NCBI RefSeq assembly: GCF_013393945.1
Contig: NZ_CP040297.1
Location: 1,348,804-1,380,803 of the forward strand
Origin: Nostoc sp. TCL26-01
GTDB taxonomy: Bacteria; Cyanobacteriota; Cyanobacteriia; Cyanobacteriales; Nostocaceae
DNA: 32,000 nucleotides
Direction: 5' to 3'
Shown: positions 1 to 8,187 of the stretch, piece after piece
How the letters are laid out: every line of letters starts with the position of its first letter
How positions within the stretch are numbered: position 1 is the first letter of the stretch
The notes under the pieces: model-generated
The model's database searches: none
Told to the model about the DNA's origin: nothing
Seen by the model: only the letters and a program-made list of their open reading frames with translations
Made by a program: the position numbers and the translations under genes

Positions 1-193
1 TGGAGAATGTAGACTGTTAGTCTGTTAATCAAGGTGAGCATTAAGTGCGAAATTGATGTTTCTGGTGCTTAATCTCTATATGAGGAGTATTAATCTTAAT
101 TCCATAATGTAGCTACTAGCTAACTATACATTTTCTCAAGATTTATCTTCCCCAAATAAACAAATTCTCCAAGACCAATCAGTAACTGTAATT

Positions 194-514
194 ATGACTC
201 ACTACTCTATTGAATGGATCGAAGCCTGGTGCGAAGAAAACGGCTGGACAGAATTATTTGAAGAACGTCGGAATCATTATTGGGCTTTTCCTCCGGGATG
301 TGTGATGCCTGAACCAATTCCAGTTCATGTTCTCAGAGTGATTAAATCAGAAAAAGGCCTAACTTTTGAAGAAAAAATCTGGTCATTCTCAGCAGTGATT
401 AGCACTGTCTTAGCAGTAATTTCTACCTTAGTTCTCAGATGTCCTATGCCTTTAGTATTTGCTTTTGCTGTGAATGCAGTTACAGTGGCTCAACTTGAAC
501 CTGAAGATGCGTAA
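194..514 (+). CDS. conserved hypothetical protein with hydrophobic C-terminal (membrane-anchor-like) segment
   Basis: ATG ORF of 106 aa. The C-terminal ~40 aa are hydrophobic (SAVISTVLAVISTLVL..VFAFAV). A stem-loop plus T-run follows 30 nt downstream. No family recognised. Confidence 0.5.
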   Translation: MTHYSIEWIEAWCEENGWTELFEERRNHYWAFPPGCVMPEPIPVHVLRVIKSEKGLTFEEKIWSFSAVISTVLAVISTLVLRCPMPLVFAFAVNAVTVAQLEPEDA

Positions 515-545
515 ATTAAAAATCCAGGACTTTATATCATTAAAC

Positions 546-585
546 AACTGCTCTTGACTTTACCTTCAGCAAGAGCAGTTTTTAG
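546..585 (+). terminator. Rho-independent terminator after the 194-514 ORF
   Basis: Perfect 11-bp stem AACTGCTCTTG (546-556) / CAAGAGCAGTT (570-580) with a 13-nt loop. It runs into a T-run at 579-583. Confidence 0.6.
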
Positions 586-636
586 TATTAGTAGTGTCGT
601 GGCAAGCTTTAAATGTGGTGATAGATTTTTATTTTT

Positions 637-701
637 GTAGGGTGCGTTAATGAAGTAACGCACCGTCTTAATCTCATTGGCGGTGCGTTGCACTACCCTG
701 C
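637..701. repeat. degenerate copy of the GTAGGGTGCGT...ACGCACCCTAC small-element family
   Basis: Starts with GTAGGGTGCGT (637-647) and contains the hairpin GGTGCGTTA..TAACGCACC. Ends with a degraded GCACTACCCTGC. Shares the internal GCGGTGCGTT motif with the element at 1738-1841. Confidence 0.45.
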
Positions 702-1213
702 GGGTTCTCCGAAGGAGTACGCAACAACACTATTTTAGCCTTGCCACGCCACTATTAAAGACTTCTCAAACAGCCTCTCAGGCTCAAAGAGTGCATCAAA
801 TTCTTTTACTATCACCCAATCTATTCATCAAGCTATGGCATAGAGACTTTATGTTCAAAAATAATTGATAGTAATTGACAATAAAGCGGAGATCACATAT
901 TGTATTTATTGTGATTTATTTGCAATACTATTGCGAAAAATACAATTATCTAGTTCAATCACCCAAAACCCTACCATACATCTATTGACTTTTAAGCAAA
1001 AAATAAGCTTGTTGACTATCAGCCAGAAGTAGCCAGCACTAACTAAATGCCTGATGCTAGTTTTTAGAAACTTGAGCATGAGTGTTGGTGATTGATAATA
1101 GTGTGCTTTACTTAATGCAAAAGATTTCTATTTAAAGATAGGAAGGATCAACTCATACTGAATTCCCATAACCGACAATTTTGTAGTAACTGTTTATTAA
1201 CAGTTCAAATTCT

Positions 1214-1699
1214 ATGATGGAATTAGATTTCACAAATTTACTAGATTTACCAGGAGTAGAAGTAGATTCTTGGCATTATTCCCCGGATGCAATAACCTTT
1301 AATTTGAAAATTTTAGCCAAGGGAATTTATTGTTCATATTTCCATGATTACACGGAAGAACTACATCAAGTACGACCCATTTTAGTCAGAGACTTATCAG
1401 CTTTTGGTAAACCTGTTTACTTGAAGTTACCTCGCCGACAATTTTATTGTCGAATCTGTCAACGTTATATTACAGAGCAGTTAAATTTTATTGATTATAG
1501 AAGAAAGTACACACAAAGATATGAAGTGAATATTTACTCTCAAGTTCACAGTTCTAGCATTGAACAAATCAGCAAACAAGAGAATTTAAATATTGAACAG
1601 GTCAAGAATATTGTTAATTATGTTGAGCAAAAACAACAAGCCAAACTTGACGTAGATAAATTCAAGTTGTTATCAGTTAATTCTTGTCATAAAAATTAG
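1214..1699 (+). pseudogene. ISL3-family transposase, N-terminal fragment only (truncated)
   Basis: The 161-aa ORF shows the ISL3 N-terminal pattern (..H.VRPILVRDLSAFGKPVYLKLPRRQFYCRICQRYITEQL..YRRKYTQRY). This corresponds to the zf-ISL3 plus HTH region. The first Cys pair is degraded (YCSYFHD) and the ~250-aa catalytic part is absent. The ORF runs straight into nested repeats. Confidence 0.65.
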
Positions 1700-1737
1700 C
1701 AAATATAGGGGAGTCTGCCTTGATTTCTGAAAATTAC

Positions 1738-1841
1738 GTAGGGTGTGTTGTCACGCAGTGCAACGCACCAAATTCAGGGTTGCGGTGCGTTAGACTGAAG
1801 TCTTGAAGAAGAATTCAGAAGTCAGAAATTACGCACCCTAC
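1738..1841. mobile_element. 104-bp MITE-like element with GTAGGGTG(T/C)GT terminal inverted repeats
   Basis: Ends are GTAGGGTGTGT (1738-1748) and ACGCACCCTAC (1831-1841), matching 10/11 as inverted repeats. It sits inside a second imperfect inverted repeat (ATATAGGGGAG..TGATTTCTGAAAATTA at 1705-1735 versus TAATTTTATTCAAAAATCA..TTCCTATAT at 1850-1888). Confidence 0.55.
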
Positions 1842-1940
1842 AAATACTTAATTTTATTCAAAAATCAAATCAGATTTGATTCCTATATACAGGATTTTCA
1901 CTAATAAAATAATAAGAAAAAGTTATCACCATATTACTAA

Positions 1941-1975
1941 GAAATAGAATATTTCTAAATGAAAAATATTCATTT
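1941..1975. promoter_or_regulatory. AT-rich dyads, Fur-box-like candidate operator upstream of the 2138 operon
   Basis: GAAATAGAATATTTC (1941-1955) followed by AAATGAAAAATATTCATTT (1957-1975; 7-nt arms AAATGAA/TTCATTT). Located ~165 nt upstream of the 2138 start. The resemblance to Fur boxes was judged by eye only. Confidence 0.3.
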
Positions 1976-2137
1976 TGCCTGCAAAAATATGTATTCTCAA
2001 ATACATCAGCATTAAAGAACTATTAATTCTTCTATCTAGTGGGATATTTCCTGGTGTGACAGTAGATAGTTAGAAGAAAAAGTCCGCATATCAGCTAGAT
2101 TGAATCAATAGTTTTTTCAGATCAAGGAGAGGTTTTT

Positions 2138-2761
2138 ATGGTGCTAGACTCACAGATTGAAGCAAGTTCCCATGAGTTTCCTAAGCAGCTAGATATTGCT
2201 AAGGTTGCTGTTTATGGATTAAGCATTTTATCAGCAGGAATGTTTATGTTCTTGCCCTTTTTTAATCTCTTACATCCTAGTCCTTGGCAGCGATGGCTTG
2301 GAACAATTCATGGCTTTGGTGCATTGTTAGCCACAGTTGTCGCTGTGTACACGGGGCATTTAGCTTTTCCTTTATTGAGAGGAGTTAGTAAAATTTTGCC
2401 CCAGATGCGTACCCTGACATTTTGGTCAACTATTATCACTTTTTTAGGGATAGCTACAGGTAATTTGGCATATATGCGTTACCGTGCTGGCATGGAATTT
2501 GGAGGTGCAAGGGCATGGCTAAAGGAAAATTCACCATTAGGACAATATGTTCTCATGGAGTATCACGAATTTAGTGTTTTGTTTACTTTGCCTTTAGGAG
2601 TAGCTTGTACTTGGATTTTATGGAAGTACGGTGATGCAATTTTAGAGAAGCAAAACCGTCCAGTTTTAACAGCTACTTGTGTAGCTTTAATGGCAATGAT
2701 GTTTTTTGCAATGGGTGGATTAGTCACAGGTTTAGGTGTGGCCAAAATCCACGCTTTGTAA
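2138..2761 (+). CDS. unassigned multi-pass membrane protein (about 5 TM helices)
   Basis: ATG preceded by AAGGAGAG (2124-2131). The 207-aa product has five hydrophobic helices. His residues lie at helix ends (H58, H74, H143, H205). No family recognised. Confidence 0.6.
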   Translation: MVLDSQIEASSHEFPKQLDIAKVAVYGLSILSAGMFMFLPFFNLLHPSPWQRWLGTIHGFGALLATVVAVYTGHLAFPLLRGVSKILPQMRTLTFWSTIITFLGIATGNLAYMRYRAGMEFGGARAWLKENSPLGQYVLMEYHEFSVLFTLPLGVACTWILWKYGDAILEKQNRPVLTATCVALMAMMFFAMGGLVTGLGVAKIHAL

Positions 2762-2783
2762 GCAAATATTTGAGGATAGTGTA

Positions 2784-3236
2784 ATGGTGAGACAAATTTC
2801 TGAACCTATTTATAGTCGATTTTGGAATTATTTGAAGAGGTTTCCGCGAACTTTAGCGGAGGGTTCACAAAATCCACCTCATAGTTCTGGGTTAGCGGCA
2901 GCAGCATTAATTAGTGCGGGGATTGGCTGTTTCACAATGATGGTAATTCATCACTTATCAGACACATCTAAAGCTAGAGAAAAAATGATTTGGGAGTTGG
3001 GGAAATGGATACCAGGAAGTGATAACCCTAGCAAGTTATGGGGCAATATTGGCAGTTATACAGGTAAGGAAACAATGTTGTTGCTGGGTTGGCTAATTAG
3101 TTGGGCGATTTTATCTATGCTTTGGCACAACAAACAGATTAAATCGAGAACCATCTTTTTTTGGATGTCTGTGTTAATTATTGCGGCTACGGCAATGAGT
3201 TGGCATCCCTTATTTCCCTATCTGCCGTTGAGTTAA
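2784..3236 (+). CDS. unassigned membrane protein (about 3 TM helices)
   Basis: I prefer the ATG at 2784, which is preceded by GAGGA, over the GTG at 2736, which overlaps the upstream gene. The product is 150 aa and lies 22 nt after the upstream stop. Hydrophobic segments: AAALISAGIGCFTMMVI, LLLGWLISWAILSML, FFWMSVLIIAATAM. Confidence 0.55.
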   Translation: MVRQISEPIYSRFWNYLKRFPRTLAEGSQNPPHSSGLAAAALISAGIGCFTMMVIHHLSDTSKAREKMIWELGKWIPGSDNPSKLWGNIGSYTGKETMLLLGWLISWAILSMLWHNKQIKSRTIFFWMSVLIIAATAMSWHPLFPYLPLS

Positions 3237-3261
3237 CTAGAAAGAGTGGAGAACGAGAATT

Positions 3262-3453
3262 ATGGAATTAGAAAAGAGATACATATCAAGCAAACAACTG
3301 CATAAATATGTCTGGATGTTGGTGGGAGTTTTTGCACTCATGGCTATGACATTCCCGACAGCGATGATGCGCGTTAGTCAAAAAGAAAAATTTCACGGTT
3401 ATCATGTGAAATCTTTGCCAATTGACGGTAAGTTTGCTGTGTCTGAAAAGTAA
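3262..3453 (+). CDS. small single-TM protein
   Basis: 63-aa ATG ORF, 25 nt after the upstream stop and preceded by GGAGAACGAG. Has one TM segment (YVWMLVGVFALMAMTF). A terminator-like structure follows. Confidence 0.4.
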   Translation: MELEKRYISSKQLHKYVWMLVGVFALMAMTFPTAMMRVSQKEKFHGYHVKSLPIDGKFAVSEK

Positions 3454-3522
3454 AGACTCCCTGTCGTCTTAAGGTTTTAGACAAACACGGAGTCTAGTTG
3501 GTTTTTTGTGTTTTTGTGTTTT
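3454..3522 (+). terminator. terminator-like structure ending the 2138-3453 gene trio
   Basis: Stem AGACTCC (3454-3460) / GGAGTCT (3489-3495) followed by T-rich GTTTTTTGTGTTTTTGTGTTTT. A further perfect hairpin, ATTCCCAGG-TTAATA-CCTGGGAAT, lies at 3524-3547. Confidence 0.5.
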
Positions 3523-3657
3523 GATTCCCAGGTTAATACCTGGGAATTGCCAAAACTAGGCTATTGCCTAATCTAAATTATAAATCTCAGAGTTTTCTAA
3601 GTTACTCAGTAAGTTCAAAAATATCGTTAAATTTAACTGGAAGTTGTGGGAATTAGT

Positions 3658-3693
3658 TGATAAATTCTATCATTTATGATAAATCATCATAAT
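3658..3693. promoter_or_regulatory. Fur-box-like AT-rich overlapping dyads upstream of the lipoprotein gene
   Basis: TGATAAATTCTATCATTTATGATAAATCATCATAAT contains ATCATTTATGAT and TGATAAATCATCA dyads. These resemble GATAAT-type Fur hexamer arrays. Located ~90 nt upstream of the 3782 start. Confidence 0.35.
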
Positions 3694-3781
3694 ATCTATT
3701 GCAAAAATATATCAAGTTTCCTGCTTGGCAATAGCTGAAAAATTAGCAATTTTTAGCTTTTAATTCCCTTTAGGCGCAAAA

Positions 3782-4819
3782 ATGATGAAATCTCGTTACA
3801 TCTGTTTGGCTGTGGCTGCTTGTGTCATTGTTTCTCTCAGTTCCTGCACTGGTGGAACACCAACAGCAGAAAATTCGCCACCAGCTACTGTCAACTCTAC
3901 AACTCAGACAACCGAGGCTGTGAATCATAGTAGTCATGGTAGTAAAGCCAAAATTAATATCAATGATGCTATCTTGTCGGAGTTGGATAAGTTTGAAGCC
4001 AAATTAGGTGTACCAGCTTTATCAAACAAAATTCAAGCTAATCGCCCTTACGGTAGCCCAGAAGATTTAGTCACTAAGAAGGTAATCACTCAAGAGCAGT
4101 TTGACCAGATTAAAGACATGGTAACTGTGCAAGAGGTGGTGTTAACGGGTGAGGCTAAGGACGTTGACTATATGACCAAAATGGGGTTAATGAAAGGTCA
4201 TATGTTAGTTGCAAAAGAACTGCTTGATCAAAATCAGCCAAAACAAGCCGAACCCCATATAGGACACCCGGTAGAAGAGATTTATGTGGATGTCGAAGAA
4301 CAACTTAATGAACGTAAAGTTAAGGAATTTAAGACTACTTTGGTGAGTTTGCAAGATTTGGTCAAATCTCAGCCCAAAGATGCGAAAGTCAAGACTAATT
4401 TTACTGCTTCCGTGCAGGCAATTGATGGTGCGATCGCTGCCTTACCAGAAGCCCAACGTACCAAACCGGGATTTATCTTGCAAGTGGTTAACGGCTTGTT
4501 GGATGCAGCTAACTCCGAGTATGGAGCAGCGATCGCTAATGGTAAAATAGCTGCGGCAATTGAATATCAGGACTCTCGTGGTTTTGTCGTCTACACCAAC
4601 GAATTGTATCAAGGGATTGCGGCACAGGTAGCCCAAGCGAATCCAGAAGCCCACAAAGCTATTGAAACTAGTCTAGCTGAACTCATCAAAGTCTGGCCAG
4701 CCGCTATCCCACCAGCAAAACCTGTGAAAACACCTGATGAAGTCACCAAGTTAGTCAAAACTATTGAGCTAAACTCGCAAAAGGTGATTGATCAATCCAG
4801 CACACAAGCACAAAAATAG
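3782..4819 (+). CDS. lipoprotein with PsbU/ComEA-like helix-hairpin-helix domain plus helical C-terminal domain (HxxE motif)
   Basis: Signal peptide with lipobox (VIVSLSSC). KININDAILSEL..KIQANRPYGSPEDLV..ITQEQFDQIKDMVTVQE aligns by eye with the PsbU core (KIDLNN..KIV.NAPYESVEDVL..TERQ...FTV.E). The C-terminal ~220 aa are helical and contain GHPVEE. Confidence 0.7.
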   Translation: MMKSRYICLAVAACVIVSLSSCTGGTPTAENSPPATVNSTTQTTEAVNHSSHGSKAKININDAILSELDKFEAKLGVPALSNKIQANRPYGSPEDLVTKKVITQEQFDQIKDMVTVQEVVLTGEAKDVDYMTKMGLMKGHMLVAKELLDQNQPKQAEPHIGHPVEEIYVDVEEQLNERKVKEFKTTLVSLQDLVKSQPKDAKVKTNFTASVQAIDGAIAALPEAQRTKPGFILQVVNGLLDAANSEYGAAIANGKIAAAIEYQDSRGFVVYTNELYQGIAAQVAQANPEAHKAIETSLAELIKVWPAAIPPAKPVKTPDEVTKLVKTIELNSQKVIDQSSTQAQK

Positions 4820-4975
4820 ATTAATAACTCGGTGGGAGTGATAAACTAACAAGTTTAAAATGAATGAGCAATGAGGCTATTGTTAAAAGTTAAAAGTGAA
4901 CATTATCTTAGCTTTTAACACCTGTAATCTCTTACTCATGACGACGCTCCATTTCTCAATTGTAATTAACAACTA

Positions 4976-5410
4976 ATGCAAGAGCTTGACCACAAAAAAA
5001 CGATAGACATTCTCAACGCCATCATGGAGTTTGAACTCGCCGGGGTAGTGCGCTACACACATTATTCCCTGATGGTGACTGGCCCTAACCGTATTCCCAT
5101 TGTGGCTTTTTTCAAAGCCCAAGCCAGTGAATCTCTACTCCATGCTCAACAAGTAGGAGAAATCCTGACAGGTTTAGATGGACATCCTACCCTAAGAATC
5201 ACACCAATGGAGGAAACTTATAAGCATTCTGTCAAGGATATTTTGGCAGAAAGCTTGTCTCATGAAAAGAAAGCATTGGAAATGTATAAAACTTTGTTAG
5301 ATACTGTAACCAATGCCAGTATTTATCTTGAAGAATTCGCTCGGAGCATGATTGGACAAGAAGAACTACACAATCTTGAACTGAAAAAAATGCTGCGCGA
5401 TTTCAGTTAA
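4976..5410 (+). CDS. ferritin-like (bacterioferritin/Dps superfamily) protein
   Basis: 144-aa product with a four-helix-bundle ligand pattern: ILNAIMEFELAG, SESLLHAQQVGEIL..LDGHP, SHEKKALEMY, QEELHNLE. The first motif is E-x3-H rather than the classical E-x2-H. Confidence 0.75.
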   Translation: MQELDHKKTIDILNAIMEFELAGVVRYTHYSLMVTGPNRIPIVAFFKAQASESLLHAQQVGEILTGLDGHPTLRITPMEETYKHSVKDILAESLSHEKKALEMYKTLLDTVTNASIYLEEFARSMIGQEELHNLELKKMLRDFS

Positions 5411-5598
5411 TAGTCAATAGTCAATAGTCAATAGTCAGAGCTTTAATTCTAGACTGTTGATAATACCTTCGCTAAATATACAAAGTTGGGTTAAGGCAAG
5501 AACCCAAGCTACCAAAAAATGGCGAAGGTATTGGTTGACTAATGACCAATAACCAATGACTAATGACTAATGACCAATGACCAATGACCAATGACTAA
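5409..5598. repeat. inverted STRR arrays flanking a stem-loop (large imperfect palindrome)
   Basis: (AATAGTC)x4 at 5409-5436 and (TGACYAA)x9 at 5536-5598 are inverted relative to each other. The inner 11-bp stem is AATACCTTCGC (5462-5472) / GCGAAGGTATT (5522-5532). It encloses the hairpin TTGGGTT..AACCCAA. Confidence 0.85.
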
Positions 5599-5603
5599 AA
5601 ACC

Positions 5604-6551
5604 ATGAACTTTAGTACTGCTCTACCTACTTTTGTTATTACACTCCGAGAAGGAGTAGAAGCTGCTTTAGTGGTGGGAATTGTGTTGGCTTTATTAAAAA
5701 AAGCTAAACAATCCCGCCTCAACTCTTGGGTATATGCTGGTGTCGGCGTGGGAATTATCGTCAGCGCTTTGATTGGCGTGCTGTTTAGTTGGATAATTAA
5801 AGTTGTGGGTGCAGCCAATCCCCAGTACACAACCACAGTAGAGCCGATGCTAGAAGGCATATTTAGTGTACTAGCGATCGCTATGCTCAGTTGGATGTTA
5901 ATTTGGATGACTCAGCAAGCCAAATTCATGAAAGCGCAAGTAGAAGGCGCTGTTACTGAAGCATTATCACAAAATGTTCGTGCTGGTTGGGGTGTTTTTA
6001 GTTTAGTTTTGGTGGCTGTTCTGCGTGAAGGCTTTGAGACGGTTTTATTCATCGCCGCCAATTTCCAACAGGGATTTGTCCCCACCATAGGCGCGCTTGG
6101 AGGGTTGGCAACTGCCGTGGCGATCGGTGTACTCTTATTTAAGTTGGGAGTAAAAATTAATATCCGCCAATTCTTTCAAGTCATGGGGGTTTTCTTAGTA
6201 CTCATCGTTGCGGGTTTAGTTGTTTCTACTTTGACACATTTTGATGATGCGATCGCTAATTTAGCTCTGAGTAGTCGTGCTTCTGAAAGTCTTTGTTTCT
6301 ATTACGAACGTTTCACAAAAATTCACTCTTGCATCTTGGGTCCGCTAGTCTGGAATACTCAGAAAATATTGCCAGATGAACAGTTTCCTGGTATTGTTCT
6401 CAAATCTTTATTTGGCTATAGAGAACATCTCTATCTCATCCAAGCATTAGGATATCTGATATTTTTACTCACCGTTGGTGGTTTATATTTCCGCAGTTTA
6501 AATAGTGGGGCCATGAAATCTAGTAAAAATTTATCAGTTGCTAAACGATGA
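5604..6551 (+). CDS. FTR1/EfeU-family high-affinity iron permease
   Basis: Both REXXE motifs are present (REGVEAAL near the N-terminus, REGFETVL mid-protein). The protein is multi-pass membrane, 315 aa. Confidence 0.85.
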   Translation: MNFSTALPTFVITLREGVEAALVVGIVLALLKKAKQSRLNSWVYAGVGVGIIVSALIGVLFSWIIKVVGAANPQYTTTVEPMLEGIFSVLAIAMLSWMLIWMTQQAKFMKAQVEGAVTEALSQNVRAGWGVFSLVLVAVLREGFETVLFIAANFQQGFVPTIGALGGLATAVAIGVLLFKLGVKINIRQFFQVMGVFLVLIVAGLVVSTLTHFDDAIANLALSSRASESLCFYYERFTKIHSCILGPLVWNTQKILPDEQFPGIVLKSLFGYREHLYLIQALGYLIFLLTVGGLYFRSLNSGAMKSSKNLSVAKR

Positions 6552-6603
6552 ATTAGTACTGCGAAAGATTAGATAAAATCATCAAATTTTTGAGGCAAAA
6601 AAC

Positions 6604-6807
6604 TTAATCCTGGAAATCATTATTAATCCATTCACGTCCTGCTTTTTCAGCTGCTTGGGCGGTAAAATATATTTTGCTTTGTCCAAAGACACTACCACCC
6701 AAACTCAGCAACCGAAATTGCCAGCAGTCAGATTCTGTGTAGAAAACCAATAAAGTCAACCCTCGGATACCAACGAGTAGGTGAATTTTAATTTGGTTGT
6801 CTGTCAT
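6604..6807 (-). CDS. small hypothetical protein
   Basis: 67-68 aa. The ORF track starts at a GTG (6810); the ATG one codon later (6807) is preferred. No family recognised. Confidence 0.4.
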   Translation of the reverse strand: MTDNQIKIHLLVGIRGLTLLVFYTESDCWQFRLLSLGGSVFGQSKIYFTAQAAEKAGREWINNDFQD

Positions 6808-6918
6808 CACTCAATCTGCCATGCCTCGTGAGCAATTTGGCTACTTATTATGACAAACATAGACGCATTATGGCGACTGTACCAGCGATGGTAGATATTT
6901 TACATTCCTATTTGATGA

Positions 6919-7017
6919 GCGAGAATAGAATACCATGATCGACTCATGGCTATCCGCACAGACGGAGATTGGAAAGGGTGGCTAAAATTTTTCCGGCGAG
7001 GAATTTATTCTCCGTGA
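6919..7017 (+). pseudogene. remnant of the 3' end of a Fic-family gene
   Basis: A short frame translates to ARIEYHDRLMAIRTDGDWKGWLKFFRRGIYSP*. This matches the typical Fic-protein C-terminal pattern (..YY.RL..VR..GDWE.WL.FFL.GV). No upstream Fic core (HPFxxGNGR) is present. Confidence 0.4.
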
Positions 7018-8069
7018 AAAATGACCGTTGACTCTCCTAGCAACTGAGATTTGATCTCGTTTGCATCTAAATCACGACCGATGAAGACTAAGCGGGTTTG
7101 TCTTGCTTCTGCTGGTTGCCAAAGGCGATCATAAAATTGATCAAATCGGGTTCCTACACCTTGCATAACTAGACGCATCGGTTTATTTGGTACAGAAACA
7201 AAGCCTTTAATTCTGTAAATTTCTTGTTGGTTGGCGATCGCTTGCAACTTTTGTTGTAATTGTTCTGGGTCGAAGGCCTGGTCTAAAATCAGATGGGTAG
7301 AAATAATATCTTCATCGTGATCGTGGTCTTCTTCTGTGTCGTGATGGCTGGGACGACTATCTAAATTATCTTCAACGGCAGCTTGTAATCCTAATAATAT
7401 AGATGGATCGAGTTGACCGCGATCGCTCTCGACAATTTTCACCACTCTGGGCAATTCTTGCTTGACTAATTCTTCAACTTGTGATTTCGTTTTCTCGTCT
7501 ATCAAATCAGTTTTACTCAACACCACCAAATCGGCACAAGCTAGTTGATCTTCAAACAATTCTTGTAATGGTGTTTCATGTTCTAGACTATCATCAGCTT
7601 GGCGTTGGGAAGCGATCGCCTCTAAATCACTGGCAAATGTCCCCGATGCAACAGCCGCACAATCTACCACTGTCACCACTGCATCTACTGTGGCAGCATT
7701 GCGAATTTCTTGCCAACGAAAAGCCTTGACCAATGGTTTGGGTAAAGCTAAACCAGAAGTTTCAATGACAATACAGTCAATGCGATCGCGCCGTTTGAGT
7801 AGCTGTTGCATCGTCGGGTAAAACTCCTCTTGGACGGTACAGCATAAACAGCCGTTAGTCAGTTCAAAAATATTACTCCCCTCAGTTTCATCCTCTGGGC
7901 AAACTTGGCAGGATTTCAACAACTCGCCATCAATACCCAGTTCGCCAAATTCGTTGACTAACACAGCAATGCGACGACCTTGGTTGTTTTGCAAGAGATG
8001 GCGAATTAGGCTAGTTTTACCACTACCTAAAAAGCCGGTAATTACTGTAACAGGAATCTTGGTTGCCAT
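7005..8069 (-). CDS. COG0523 (CobW/ZigA/YeiR-like) metallochaperone GTPase
   Basis: Walker A GFLGSGKTS, metal-binding GCLCCTV (CxCC), ETSGLA, SKTDL. An acidic/His-rich insert is present (SRPSHHDTEEDHDHDEDIISTH). Confidence 0.9.
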   Translation of the reverse strand: MATKIPVTVITGFLGSGKTSLIRHLLQNNQGRRIAVLVNEFGELGIDGELLKSCQVCPEDETEGSNIFELTNGCLCCTVQEEFYPTMQQLLKRRDRIDCIVIETSGLALPKPLVKAFRWQEIRNAATVDAVVTVVDCAAVASGTFASDLEAIASQRQADDSLEHETPLQELFEDQLACADLVVLSKTDLIDEKTKSQVEELVKQELPRVVKIVESDRGQLDPSILLGLQAAVEDNLDSRPSHHDTEEDHDHDEDIISTHLILDQAFDPEQLQQKLQAIANQQEIYRIKGFVSVPNKPMRLVMQGVGTRFDQFYDRLWQPAEARQTRLVFIGRDLDANEIKSQLLGESTVIFHGE

Positions 8070-8187
8070 TATTTGATCAGTATTTAATACAGCAGCGATA
8101 AATTAAGCCTCTTTGCATTTTGCCTGATCTCTCGGTAGATTGAAAGCTAACTTTTCCCCGTTAATTACTTGGACACAATTAATTACA

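Noticed and set aside
677-868. 63-aa ORF at 677-868
   Set aside because: It starts within the degenerate GTAGGGTGCGT-family repeat. There is no RBS and the composition is not protein-like.
2138-2761. The idea that the 207-aa membrane protein is a di-haem ferric reductase, based on four His residues at helix ends
   Set aside because: With a simple 5-TM topology the histidines do not pair up cleanly on opposite membrane faces. This is kept only as a weak remark inside the iron-cluster finding, not as a call.
5567-5860. 97-aa minus-strand ORF opposite the FTR1 start
   Set aside because: It is antisense to a well-supported permease gene and terminates in the STRR array. The product is a low-complexity shadow ORF.
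8070-8187. Search for a Zur-type operator upstream of the COG0523 gene
   Set aside because: I could not recognise a convincing AT-rich 7-1-7 dyad in the 118 bp between the start codon and the MITE. A position-weight-matrix scan would be needed, so no feature is reported.
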